Of a stretch of 64,000 bases of DNA, positions 38,467-48,064 are shown piece by piece. This DNA comes from a virus: IMG/VR virus record IMGVR_UViG_3300025121_000013. One strand, 5' to 3'. Below the pieces are notes generated by a model that saw only the letters and a program-made list of their open reading frames with translations, was not told where the DNA came from and did not search any database. The position numbers and the translations under genes are program-made. Positions within the stretch are counted from its first letter, which is position 1; each line of letters begins with the position of its first letter.

Positions 38467-38812
38467 GTGTCAAATGAAATATTTGTTTATCATTTTTTGA
38501 TACTATTAAATAAACCATTATAGTACTAATCTCAATTTTGTAATCTTCTTTTTTAAAACAAATATAATCTAAAAAACTATAATATAACTGGTTACAATTT
38601 GGACACTTATACCACATATTTAACCTATCTATTTTTATTTTTATAACTCTTTCACCACAAATTAAACATTGTTCTATATGTTTGTATAATTTAAAATCTT
38701 TTTCAAAATTATTTTTCATTTCTATAAGTTTATTTTTATATTCTAAGCAAATAGGAATACAAACATTTTTTAAAATGCAATTATTACAAAAAGTTAAAAT
38801 ATTATTATTCAT
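38444..38812 (-). CDS. Family B member
   Basis: CNNCILKNVCIPIC; start taken at MNNN. Confidence 0.78.
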   Translation of the reverse strand: MNNNILTFCNNCILKNVCIPICLEYKNKLIEMKNNFEKDFKLYKHIEQCLICGERVIKIKIDRLNMWYKCPNCNQLYYSFLDYICFKKEDYKIEISTIMVYLIVSKNDKQIFHLTHGKEYVL

Positions 38813-39173
38813 ATATGAACAGCAATTTCTCTTTGAAAGAAATATTTTCTTGATCAATAATTTTTTTAAAGTACAATACATTGCCAATATTAAAAACTTT
38901 AATTTCACAATTACCAATACAAAAAGAAAATGCCCAGTCACAGACTAAATTAAAATTATATTTGACTCCACACTTACAATTATAAGAAATGATAATTCCC
39001 AATGGAATTTCTAGATCACAAAAAATACAGTATCTGGGTTTCTCATTTAATAATTGATTCATTTTTAATTTTCTCGGTTCAAATTCTTCTTTGACAATTC
39101 TTTCACAAAATTCAAAACATGTACGGTTTAAAATGCAATTATTACAAAAAAACATTTTTATGTACTGTTTCAT
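38805..39173 (-). CDS. Family B member
   Basis: CNNCILNRTCFEFC. Confidence 0.8.
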   Translation of the reverse strand: MKQYIKMFFCNNCILNRTCFEFCERIVKEEFEPRKLKMNQLLNEKPRYCIFCDLEIPLGIIISYNCKCGVKYNFNLVCDWAFSFCIGNCEIKVFNIGNVLYFKKIIDQENISFKEKLLFIYE

Positions 39174-39525
39174 TTAGTTCAACTGGAATATAACTATTTG
39201 TAACATTTTTCACTCTTTTAAAACCTATATTAAAATTTCTTTTCACTATCCAATATAATTCTTCGTTTTCTTCAATTACAACAAAACTTTCTGAGCAACT
39301 CTCAACCCCTATGTTAAATTTCAAATTACAAAAATCACATTTAAAACTTAGAATATTTGATTGTTTATTTATCATTAATAATCTTCCACAATTCATACAT
39401 ATTCTTTCTCCAACAAGAACACTTCTAATTTTTTCTAAAGATAATTTTTTAGAAATTTCTTCTATTCTATAACAATTTTTTTCACAAATTATTTTGCATA
39501 TACAATCGGAACATGGAAATATCAT
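39142..39525 (-). CDS. Family B member
   Basis: CSDCICKIICEKNC. Confidence 0.8.
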   Translation of the reverse strand: MIFPCSDCICKIICEKNCYRIEEISKKLSLEKIRSVLVGERICMNCGRLLMINKQSNILSFKCDFCNLKFNIGVESCSESFVVIEENEELYWIVKRNFNIGFKRVKNVTNSYIPVELNETVHKNVFL

Positions 39526-39938
39526 AACGAAATCTCTCTTTCATCTTGAGGTTTAAATATTTTATATTTTGAAGTTCGTTCTCCTAAATTCAAATATATC
39601 TTATCAAAGAATACTATTAAAAGAATTATTTCATACGGAGTTTTAATATAAATTTTTCCCATGGTTAAAAATATATTAAATGTATATGAAAGATTGCATC
39701 TAGAACATTTTTTATGAAAAAGTATGTCATTACAATTAAGGGATGTTTTAGATAGAGTTTCCCCACAATTTATACAAATGTTTTTATTTGTTTTTATATT
39801 ATATAAAATATACTTTCTTTTTTCTTTAAAATTTTGAAGAATATTATAACAAGGAAAATGACAATTATTTTTTAAAATACAATTTAGACATTGTTTTGTC
39901 ATTCTAGATGTATTCTTATAAAAGCAGGATAATTCCAT
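39522..39938 (-). CDS. Family B member
   Basis: CLNCILKNNCHFPC. Confidence 0.8.
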   Translation of the reverse strand: MELSCFYKNTSRMTKQCLNCILKNNCHFPCYNILQNFKEKRKYILYNIKTNKNICINCGETLSKTSLNCNDILFHKKCSRCNLSYTFNIFLTMGKIYIKTPYEIILLIVFFDKIYLNLGERTSKYKIFKPQDEREISL

Positions 39939-40270
39939 GCAGTTTCATCTGAATAAAAACTCATCCAATTTTTGCTAATACTAATAATTTTAGATCTTTG
40001 ATCAATGGAAAATAAAAATCTATGTCCAGGTAATAAAAATTTTATGCACCAAGTTAATATAAATATTGTATTACAGTTTGGACAAATTTTTAATCTTTCA
40101 TACTCCTTAAAATCCTTAAGTAATTTTTCACAAAATATGCATTTATTTTTTCCTAATAAAATTAAATTTTTTGAAAGTGTGGTTTTGTTTTCTTCAAAAT
40201 ATTTTTCAGTCAATGAACAAATTTGGTAACAACTATTTCCTAAAATACATTCTTGACAAGGAGGAATCAT
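39899..40270 (-). CDS. Family B member
   Basis: CQECILGNSCYQIC. Confidence 0.8.
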   Translation of the reverse strand: MIPPCQECILGNSCYQICSLTEKYFEENKTTLSKNLILLGKNKCIFCEKLLKDFKEYERLKICPNCNTIFILTWCIKFLLPGHRFLFSIDQRSKIISISKNWMSFYSDETAWNYPAFIRIHLE

Positions 40271-40658
40271 ATCTTATCATATCCTTAACTTTTCCATTTA
40301 AATAAAAATATTTATAATTCTTTGAAATTACCAAATGTGTTTCAGATATCTGAATGTCAAATATAAATTTGTGGTTGAATAAACGAAATTCAAAACACCC
40401 TACCATTGATCCAAATGCCGTATTACATTTAGGGCAGGTTTTTTTAAAAACAGATGGATTACTTTTTAATAATTTCTCTTTACAAAATATACATTGTTCA
40501 TTTATTTTTACAATATTGATCATATTTATAATTTCCTGTTTATTTTCTTCAAAATAATTTTTTGTTATCACACAAATTTGATAACAATTATTTTTTAAAA
40601 TACAATTAGTATCACAAGGGAGAAACAATTGAGATATCATACTGAGACGTATATTCAC
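40233..40658 (-). CDS. Family B member
   Basis: CDTNCILKNNCYQIC. Confidence 0.8.
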   Translation of the reverse strand: MNIRLSMISQLFLPCDTNCILKNNCYQICVITKNYFEENKQEIINMINIVKINEQCIFCKEKLLKSNPSVFKKTCPKCNTAFGSMVGCFEFRLFNHKFIFDIQISETHLVISKNYKYFYLNGKVKDMIRYDSSLSRMYFRK

Positions 40659-40953
40659 TGGTTTTAAAATACCAATATTCTTTTGTCAAATAAATTAAAA
40701 ATCTACTTTTTGGTAAATTGACAACCAGGCTAAAACCATAAAATATATTCATAAAAGTAGTGGCACATTTGGGGCATTTTCCTCCAGGGACGTTTTGTAA
40801 TCTATCTAATTCAATATTACAAAATAAACATTTTTCTATAGATATTAAATTATCATCTGTTGAAAATAGTTTTCGATTTTCTCTAATATAGTTTCGAGTT
40901 TGATCACATATTCGGTCACATGCACTTATCAAAATACAATTCAAACAAAACAA
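40612..40953 (-). CDS. Family B member
   Basis: CLNCILISACDRIC. Confidence 0.8.
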   Translation of the reverse strand: MFCLNCILISACDRICDQTRNYIRENRKLFSTDDNLISIEKCLFCNIELDRLQNVPGGKCPKCATTFMNIFYGFSLVVNLPKSRFLIYLTKEYWYFKTSEYTSQYDISIVSPL

Positions 40954-41277
40954 TTAAATTATCACAGTGCAATCGTCATTTTTTATTTCATTTTTATAAA
41001 TAACCCCTTTATTAATTCTTATTTGTTTTGTATTTTTATTTATTGAGATTAAAAAATTATATTTTTTATTTAAAATCAGATAATATAGAGGATGCAAACT
41101 CATATACATTAAATTTCAGTTCATACAATATAAATTAATTAAAGTATCCCCACAAAATAAGCAATTAGAAAAATCTTGATTTTTAAAGAACCGGTTTTTA
41201 TTTTTAAGAAAAGGGTCAATTATTTTTTGACATGATAAATTACAAAAATTATTTAAAATGCAAGTATTACAAATCAT
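40954..41277 (-). pseudogene. Family B member with TGA at a conserved Cys position
   Basis: MICNTCILNNFCNLSC..CLFC..CMN*; TGA at 41116-41118; 108 codons. Confidence 0.7.
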
Positions 41278-41726
41278 TTATAAATTATTTCTTTTATAAA
41301 TCGAGCTGGTGAACCATAATAAAGGCCTGGTTTTATTATGTTTTTAGAAACTAAAGACCCAGCCCCTATAATTGTATTTTCAACAATTTCAATTCCAGCT
41401 AAAATAATACAGCCAGACCCTATAATACAATTTTTATGAATGATAGTTATTTTCTCTTCTTCATCAGACCCAATATATTTAGTATGATTAAATATAACCC
41501 CTGGGCCGATAAAACAATTATCTTCAATGATAACATTTTTAGATATAATTGCGTTAGGCCTTATATTTACGTTTTTTCCAATAAAACAAGACCCGGTAGT
41601 TTTTACCCCATCTCCTATAATCGAATTTGATCTAATATGAGTTCCTGATTTTAATACAACCATATTTCCAATTAGAACATTATCACCAATAAAAACCTTA
41701 TTCTCAATTACACAAAATTCTCCCAT
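41274..41726 (-). CDS. Hexapeptide-repeat acyltransferase (LbH)
   Basis: IG-repeats, IGAGSLVSK, YGSPARFIK. Confidence 0.9.
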   Translation of the reverse strand: MGEFCVIENKVFIGDNVLIGNMVVLKSGTHIRSNSIIGDGVKTTGSCFIGKNVNIRPNAIISKNVIIEDNCFIGPGVIFNHTKYIGSDEEEKITIIHKNCIIGSGCIILAGIEIVENTIIGAGSLVSKNIIKPGLYYGSPARFIKEIIYK

Positions 41727-41730
41727 GTTT

Positions 41731-42408
41731 TTATCTCCTTAAACGTGCGGGATTTCCAAAATAAGTTGAATCTGGTTTTGTACTTTCCAATAAAACTGAT
41801 CCAATTCCTATGGTTGAAAACTTTGAAATGCATAGATTATTTGATATGGTTGATCCGGGTCCAATATAAGTTCCTTTCTCTATAACACAATCTCCGCAAA
41901 TTGTTGAATTGGCACCAATATAAACAAAATCTTTAATGATACTTTGCCCACCAATATGTGACCCAGCTATAATTGTGGAAAATTCTCCTATTCTAACCAT
42001 TGGACTAATAGTGACATTTGGCCCAATAAAAATTCCTTTCTCTAAAATATAATTTTTAGGCATTGACACAGAATGATGAATAACAGATAAAATTTGTTTG
42101 TCAGGAATGTTCATTTTTTTAATCAAATTAATTCGACTTTTCATATCGTTAACTTTTAACAAAGAAAAAGCAAAAAGGCAACCGTCATCTATACGTCTCT
42201 GAATATCATTAAAAGATTCAAGAACTGGAATTCCTAAAAAAACAGATCCAATTGGAAAATTATCATCTAAAAATCCCAAAATTTTATGTTCTGATTTCAC
42301 AAAATTTGTATAAAAAGTATGTTCTCTATAAATGCTTGCGCCGCCTATAATTGCATCTGCAATTTGTATTCCAGCTGAACGGACTCCGAGTATGATTATA
42401 TTTTTCAT
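41731..42408 (-). CDS. NeuD/PglD-like sugar acetyltransferase
   Basis: IIILG..GFLDD..GIPVL N-domain plus LbH, GNPAR. Confidence 0.88.
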   Translation of the reverse strand: MKNIIILGVRSAGIQIADAIIGGASIYREHTFYTNFVKSEHKILGFLDDNFPIGSVFLGIPVLESFNDIQRRIDDGCLFAFSLLKVNDMKSRINLIKKMNIPDKQILSVIHHSVSMPKNYILEKGIFIGPNVTISPMVRIGEFSTIIAGSHIGGQSIIKDFVYIGANSTICGDCVIEKGTYIGPGSTISNNLCISKFSTIGIGSVLLESTKPDSTYFGNPARLRR

Positions 42409-42668
42409 TTCTTCTTTCTCCTTCTATATTGAAATATCAATATTAAAATCCATAAATTTATTATGATACAAAAAATATTTGAAATTATCATTGGATTGTT
42501 TGAAATTTTGAACCCATAAATTATCCACCATATTTGTCCATGAATAACAATGAGCCATAATGATATCGAAATATCATCACTTCTTTTTCTTTGATACAAT
42601 TTGATAATTTGTGGAACCCCAGAAAAAGCCATTGATACCCCAATTATTGTAATCCAAAAATCAATCAA
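42405..42668 (-). CDS. SemiSWEET/PQ-loop transporter
   Basis: PQIIK..K.S.DIS, W.IYG, P.IISN; 3 TM. Confidence 0.9.
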   Translation of the reverse strand: MIDFWITIIGVSMAFSGVPQIIKLYQRKRSDDISISLWLIVIHGQIWWIIYGFKISNNPMIISNIFCIIINLWILILIFQYRRRKKK

Positions 42669-43090
42669 GGAAGTACAAGCCTTACCACCCCATTGTGAAG
42701 CTTATCGTCTCTATACCTAGAAAAATCTTCTGAACATATATGAAACTGCCTCACAATATCCATTCTAAATATTCTAACATTTAAATGTTCTGTATGAAAA
42801 TAATCAATTAAAATTTGTTTTTCATTTTTAATAAGAATTGCAAAAAACTTATAATTAGGAGTGTATAAATATTGAACGTCACAAATTCCACAAGAATATA
42901 AACAATTAGGAAACAAGTGTTCTTCTCTTTTGTTTAATAATTCTTCTCCACAAAATACACAATTATTTAATATTGTGTCTTTATAACTATTATTATCAAT
43001 TAATTCTTTGAAGTTAATCATTTTAATTAGATTTTTACACGGGGTTTCACATGTCTTTTTTAAAATACATTCTATACAACAAATTTTCAT
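42665..43090 (-). CDS. Family B member
   Basis: CIECILKKTCETPC. Confidence 0.8.
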   Translation of the reverse strand: MKICCIECILKKTCETPCKNLIKMINFKELIDNNSYKDTILNNCVFCGEELLNKREEHLFPNCLYSCGICDVQYLYTPNYKFFAILIKNEKQILIDYFHTEHLNVRIFRMDIVRQFHICSEDFSRYRDDKLHNGVVRLVLP

Positions 43091-43100
43091 TCTTCCTCCT

Positions 43101-43457
43101 TTAAGTTATATTGACATAATGATATTTATGAAGAATTAAAATATTATAAGTGTCTGGATGTTTATATCTGTTAAATCTATAAATATTAAAAAAACTATAA
43201 ATTCGTTTAGAAATAAAAACATCAAAAATGAAATTAAAATTTGAATCTTTTTCAATTAATAAAAAACAATCGTTTCTATGACTTATCATTTGAAAAGTAA
43301 TATTACAATTCCCACATTGATTAGCGACTAAATATTTTTCACAAAAAATACATTTTTCTAATCTTATTAAATTTTGTATATTTTTTATTGTGTGAACAAA
43401 ATCAATACAAACTAAATCACATGAATTTTTTAGAATGCAATTATTACAAAGAAACAT
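43101..43457 (-). CDS. Family B member
   Basis: CNNCILKNSCDLVC. Confidence 0.8.
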   Translation of the reverse strand: MFLCNNCILKNSCDLVCIDFVHTIKNIQNLIRLEKCIFCEKYLVANQCGNCNITFQMISHRNDCFLLIEKDSNFNFIFDVFISKRIYSFFNIYRFNRYKHPDTYNILILHKYHYVNIT

Positions 43458-43893
43458 CTAATTTCACCTGATTTTCTCGATTTAGGCTTATTAAATAAGA
43501 TATATTATATAACGAGTCTTTAAAATAGGTAGTGAATTTAAAAACTGTAAATAAAGTACTGTTTCTATTAGCTTTTATAAAATCAAAAATAAATAAATTT
43601 TTATTTTTTGATATTATTGCAAAACATTCAACTCTAGAAACACCTATATATCTTAATTTACACCCTTCACAAATAAAAAGATTATTAGATTTTTCAGTTT
43701 TTCCTGTTAATTTGTTTTTACAAAATACACAATGCTCTGGTCGTTTTCGATATTTATTAATACTATAATCATTTATAATTATTGAGAAATCTATTTCTTT
43801 AATAATTTCATCGCATGGTTTCATACATGTAAAACATAAAATACAATTATCACAAATTAACATATAAAATAAGTCCTTTATCTTTTTTATCAT
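43444..43893 (-). CDS. Family B member
   Basis: CDNCILCFTCMKPC. Confidence 0.8.
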   Translation of the reverse strand: MIKKIKDLFYMLICDNCILCFTCMKPCDEIIKEIDFSIIINDYSINKYRKRPEHCVFCKNKLTGKTEKSNNLFICEGCKLRYIGVSRVECFAIISKNKNLFIFDFIKANRNSTLFTVFKFTTYFKDSLYNISYLISLNRENQVKLDVSL

Positions 43894-44254
43894 GGATCAA
43901 CCTAGTCAAGTTTTGATCTGTTTTTAAAAACCGATGAGAAACATTTACTCGAAATATTATAAAATGCATACGATTTGAAGAAAAATTATCATAATCAAAA
44001 ATAAATTTTGGCTTTATGCTTTCTGCATAAGATAATGAAAAACATTTCCAACGAAAAGTTGATGAATATATTATATTACAATTTTTACATTTTAAATCAA
44101 AAAAATTCCCTTCAAACACTTTTCCACAAAATAAACAAACGGGAGGAAAAAGCGTTACACCCTTAAAATGTTGAAAATTCATATTTTTTATGATCTCTTC
44201 ACATGGCTTCACGCAGGTAAAAGTTAAAATACATTTTTCGCAGAGATCAATCAA
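43850..44254 (-). CDS. Family B member
   Basis: CEKCILTFTCVKPC. Confidence 0.8.
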   Translation of the reverse strand: MIDLCEKCILTFTCVKPCEEIIKNMNFQHFKGVTLFPPVCLFCGKVFEGNFFDLKCKNCNIIYSSTFRWKCFSLSYAESIKPKFIFDYDNFSSNRMHFIIFRVNVSHRFLKTDQNLTRLIHDKKDKGLILYVNL

Positions 44255-44637
44255 GGCGTCTTCTCCTTTGTATCTAAAGGTATAAAATTAAATGATCTAT
44301 TATGTAAAATATTTATAGCTATTTTTGAAAAAGATATATATGTCTGAATTTGTTTAAAAAATATTTCAATTGAGATTTTATGATTAATCAAAAGAATAGA
44401 TGAACAATATTCACAAGTTTCACGTATTATATGAGGAGAGGCATTATAAACTTTATATTTGCCATCATATAAATATTTTCCACAACAAAAACAATGTAAA
44501 AATTCTTTTTGATTAATCAGATCAAAAATAGTTTTTTGATTTTTAAAAATATATTGTAATGATGAAGCACATGATTCTTGACAATAACCAATTAAAATGC
44601 AATCTAAACAAGGGAATCTCTCAAATCTATTTTTCAA
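44251..44637 (-). CDS. Family B member
   Basis: CLDCILIGYCQESC. Confidence 0.8.
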   Translation of the reverse strand: MKNRFERFPCLDCILIGYCQESCASSLQYIFKNQKTIFDLINQKEFLHCFCCGKYLYDGKYKVYNASPHIIRETCEYCSSILLINHKISIEIFFKQIQTYISFSKIAINILHNRSFNFIPLDTKEKTP

Positions 44638-44999
44638 GGAGATTTTCCAGTCCTTAAGATAATTCCTTCTGACATAAAATCTTTTGGGTGGTTTCTTAAG
44701 ACCAATAATTTATTAATATAAAATTCCAACGATAGCAAAATATTATTATTTTTTTCATCCAGAAAAAATATATCTGAAAAATAAATTATTCTTAATCCAC
44801 ATGTTTTACAAAATCTGACTGGGATATAATCTCCTGTTTCAAATAAAAGTTTTTCTTCACAATAAATACATTTTGAACTATCAACATTTTTAAAAAAATC
44901 TATCTCCTTAAGATATGGTTTAAACATTTTATCTACAATTTCTTTGCAGCATTCTAAACATTGATTTTTTAAAATACAATCGATGCATAGGCATTTCAT
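44634..44999 (-). CDS. Family B member (first in unit)
   Basis: CIDCILKNQCLECC, SD AGGAG. Confidence 0.8.
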   Translation of the reverse strand: MKCLCIDCILKNQCLECCKEIVDKMFKPYLKEIDFFKNVDSSKCIYCEEKLLFETGDYIPVRFCKTCGLRIIYFSDIFFLDEKNNNILLSLEFYINKLLVLRNHPKDFMSEGIILRTGKSP

Positions 45000-45077
45000 A
45001 TTTTCTCTCCTATGAACATATGGATTTTCATTCTATATAATTCTTTAAGATTCTAAATAAAAAAAATAAAACCTTAA

Positions 45078-45100
45078 CTCATTTATTAATATATATAGTT
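45078..45100 (-). promoter_or_regulatory. Putative early promoter
   Basis: Identical 23-mer. Confidence 0.75.
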
Positions 45101-45126
45101 TATAATTCTAAACTTGTATCTTTTAT

Positions 45127-45141
45127 AGAACAAAATATAAA
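45127..45141 (+). promoter_or_regulatory. Putative late promoter motif
   Basis: AGAACAAAATATAAA. Confidence 0.55.
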
Positions 45142-45211
45142 TTTCTTTTTAAGAATTGAATCTAAGAAAAATTAAGGGTTTAAATATCTATAAGTAAGGA
45201 TCTTTAAAATA

Positions 45212-45949
45212 ATGGAAAAAATTGATTTTCCTGAGGATGAATATAAAAGTATAAAAGATCGACTCGATCAAAATAAAGTCAGCCATACAATTAGAATAAA
45301 ATCTGAATGGGGTAAATATAAAATGGGAAATATTTACGCAACTCCGTGGGGAGATCATATTAAAATTTTATCGATCAAAAGACTTCAATCCATAAGACAA
45401 TATGTTTTTTATAATGATTTAACAAATGATCAAAAAAATGAATTAAGCCAAAAGGATTGTATTGAACATATTGTATTTAAAAAAGTTCCAAAAGACATTG
45501 AAGAATCTGTGGGTGCTTTTGCCATAGATTCTCCTTTAAAAAGAAACGTTAGATTCGAATCTTTTTTAGAACAAAAAATGGATAACATATTAATTGATTT
45601 TGATAAAGTCATTCATTCCTATCATGAAGGATGGCAGAATGGATATATTTATGGGTTTGTCATTGATGGAGCAAAAGAATCATTGACCTTTTTGAAAAAA
45701 TATTTTAATATTATTATTTTCACGGCAAGAGCGTCAGAAGTTCATAAAGACGAAAAAGAAAAAATGATTAGAAACGTTGAAGATTGGTTAAGAAAAAATG
45801 AGATACCCTTTGATTTAGTTACCGCTGATAAAATGCCAGCGTTTGCGTACATTGATGATAAAGCTATCAATTTTGACAATTGGAAAAATGTAATTGGGAT
45901 CGTAAAACAAATGATGACTCAAAAAGAGACAAAAGTTGGAGGGTTTTAA
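45212..45949 (+). CDS. Two-domain protein with C-terminal HAD phosphatase
   Basis: IDFDKVI, FTAR, K, YIDDKA. Confidence 0.8.
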   Translation: MEKIDFPEDEYKSIKDRLDQNKVSHTIRIKSEWGKYKMGNIYATPWGDHIKILSIKRLQSIRQYVFYNDLTNDQKNELSQKDCIEHIVFKKVPKDIEESVGAFAIDSPLKRNVRFESFLEQKMDNILIDFDKVIHSYHEGWQNGYIYGFVIDGAKESLTFLKKYFNIIIFTARASEVHKDEKEKMIRNVEDWLRKNEIPFDLVTADKMPAFAYIDDKAINFDNWKNVIGIVKQMMTQKETKVGGF

Positions 45950-45951
45950 AT

Positions 45952-46671
45952 ATGAAGACATCTTTTAGTATTTTGGAACAGGATCAATTAAGACGTACCT
46001 TCGGTGGTACGACTGTCGGCACGGCTGATCCTTATTTAACTGGTTTATTTGGAATTCAATTTGCAAAGCTTCCCGCTGCTTTGGAATCTAGAGTCAACCC
46101 ATATGATATTTCCAGTAATAATGAGGTTAGAAAAATTTTAGCGGGTACATGTATTTCCGTGACCCCTCCCGGCGGAACATTGAATAGCCAGGATTATACA
46201 GGTCTCGGTGGCATCAAATCGGGTGTGCCTTCCAACATTGATTATGGAAATGTGGTGACTTTAAGATTTGTTGAAATGAACGGCATTCCCGTTTTTAGAA
46301 TTATTCATGAGTGGTTTAAGATGATTCGTGACTATCGATTCGGTGCGTCTAACTTACAAGAAACAGCGAGTTTGACCGGATATTCAAAAAGAACTTTTTC
46401 TGGTCTTTTATATTACTGGACAACCGCTCCTGATGCGAAAACTGTTGAATTTGCCGCGTGCTATGATGGCGTTTATCCTACGAAGGATCCTCAAGATCTT
46501 TTTGGTTCTGATATTGATACCGTGGGTAGACTGGATATAGATATCGACTTTCATATTGATACGCCATGGCAAGAGTCTTGGGTAAAAACAAAATGTCAAG
46601 AATTTGCTGATCAAAGAGCCGCTCAGATTTCTGTCATCAAAAATTATGGCCCCAAGCAAGCTGGTGTGTAA
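45952..46671 (+). CDS. Tail tube-like protein
   Basis: CISVTPPG..G..P..IDY...TL.F.E; W...I; GVYP. Confidence 0.65.
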   Translation: MKTSFSILEQDQLRRTFGGTTVGTADPYLTGLFGIQFAKLPAALESRVNPYDISSNNEVRKILAGTCISVTPPGGTLNSQDYTGLGGIKSGVPSNIDYGNVVTLRFVEMNGIPVFRIIHEWFKMIRDYRFGASNLQETASLTGYSKRTFSGLLYYWTTAPDAKTVEFAACYDGVYPTKDPQDLFGSDIDTVGRLDIDIDFHIDTPWQESWVKTKCQEFADQRAAQISVIKNYGPKQAGV

Positions 46672-46684
46672 TGAGGATAAAATT

Positions 46685-47776
46685 ATGATTATCACAGAAT
46701 CTCCAAAACTTTTTGATTCTGCATTATTTTCTTTTGTGACAAGGTCGGTTCTTTGCGATTATGTTACTGAATCAAATATTCAAAATAAAAAAGATCTTAA
46801 GAATTTTATTTTGAAGGAAGCCACTGATTATGAAATAATGAATATTTTACTTTTAAATAAAATTCCTAAAGAATCTTCAAATCTTTTAAAAGAAACTGCG
46901 TTGTATAGTATTTTAAAAGAACAGATGGTTCAAAATTGTGATTTACTTGTTGAGCATATAGGACATGAAACATTTAATAATATTTTATTCAATGTTTCTC
47001 CTTTATCTTTGTTTGATAAAACTCCTGAAAATATTTTTGAATCTTTTCTTCTTGAGGCTCCAAAAAAGAAAAAAGGTATAAAAGGTCCACAAACCCAAGG
47101 GCCTGATGATTCTTCAATGGAGCCAACTTCTGAACCGTCTCCTGAGCCTCAACAAACTTCTCAAGCTAAGGAAATAGGCGGGGAAGCGGCCAATGTCGCA
47201 AAAAGCATGCTTCTTTATAATGCCGTTGGGGCTTTGATTGGAAAAGCAAAAGATCTTGCTGCCAAAGGAATTGGCCCAGTGATAAGTCTAGTTCAAGGAC
47301 ATCCAATTATGGCTGGGGCAACATTGGCGGCTATTTTAGGCTATGCTGCAATTCGAGCATATCAAAATCATTTTAGCGCCGCTGCAAAACAATGTGAAGG
47401 TTCTGATGATAAAGCTGAATGTATGAAATTTGCTAAAATTCAAGCTCTTGGATCTCAAATCAATGATTTAAGAAAAGGATTATCTGCTTGTAAAAATTCA
47501 AAAGATCCCAAGGGTTGTCAAGATTCTATAAATAAAAAAATTCAAGGCGTTGAAGAAAAAATATCTAAGGCAAGAATTAGTGAATCTTTAATCCAAGAAT
47601 TTTTTGGAAGAAAAAAAGAAAAAACTTTTCAAGAGAAATTAAATGAATTAGATATTAAAAATAATGAGATTAAAGAAAAAATTTCTAATTTAAAAAAAGA
47701 AATTGCTACCTTAATAGAGAAAAAAAATTATCTGAGACCGATGAGCCTAAACGCTATAAGGGGCATTATTCATTAA
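46685..47776 (+). CDS. MIITE family protein 1 (possible -1 extension to 48003)
   Basis: MIITE..EATDYEIM, TM helix, 4-Cys domain. Confidence 0.8.
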   Translation: MIITESPKLFDSALFSFVTRSVLCDYVTESNIQNKKDLKNFILKEATDYEIMNILLLNKIPKESSNLLKETALYSILKEQMVQNCDLLVEHIGHETFNNILFNVSPLSLFDKTPENIFESFLLEAPKKKKGIKGPQTQGPDDSSMEPTSEPSPEPQQTSQAKEIGGEAANVAKSMLLYNAVGALIGKAKDLAAKGIGPVISLVQGHPIMAGATLAAILGYAAIRAYQNHFSAAAKQCEGSDDKAECMKFAKIQALGSQINDLRKGLSACKNSKDPKGCQDSINKKIQGVEEKISKARISESLIQEFFGRKKEKTFQEKLNELDIKNNEIKEKISNLKKEIATLIEKKNYLRPMSLNAIRGIIH

Positions 47777-48014
47777 AAACATTTGAAGATTTAATTAAAG
47801 CGGCTAAGCTTGATATTAAATATGAAGTTTTACAATTAGCATTAAACGAATTAGATAAAAAATATTTGCAAATTTTTTCGAAATATAAAATAATGAAAAA
47901 TCCAGAGATTTGTAAAAAGAAGGCTGAAATGAATTACGATAAAGAAAATGAAGGAATTTATAGATCTCATGGATTTGGATATGCTATTCAAAAGTATGAT
48001 TAAAAATAACTCTT

Positions 48015-48029
48015 AGAACAAAATTTAAA
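48015..48029 (+). promoter_or_regulatory. Putative late promoter motif
   Basis: AGAACAAAATTTAAA. Confidence 0.5.
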
Positions 48030-48064
48030 TCAGCTTTACTTAAACATAAGCAGGAGATATGTAT

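Noticed and set aside
30891..44999. Integron/shufflon DNA recombination site behind the recurring AAAATACA/AAAATGCA string
   Set aside because: It varies synonymously (TGT/TGC, TTA/CTT), consistent with protein-level C-I-L conservation; no recombinase or attC hairpins in the window
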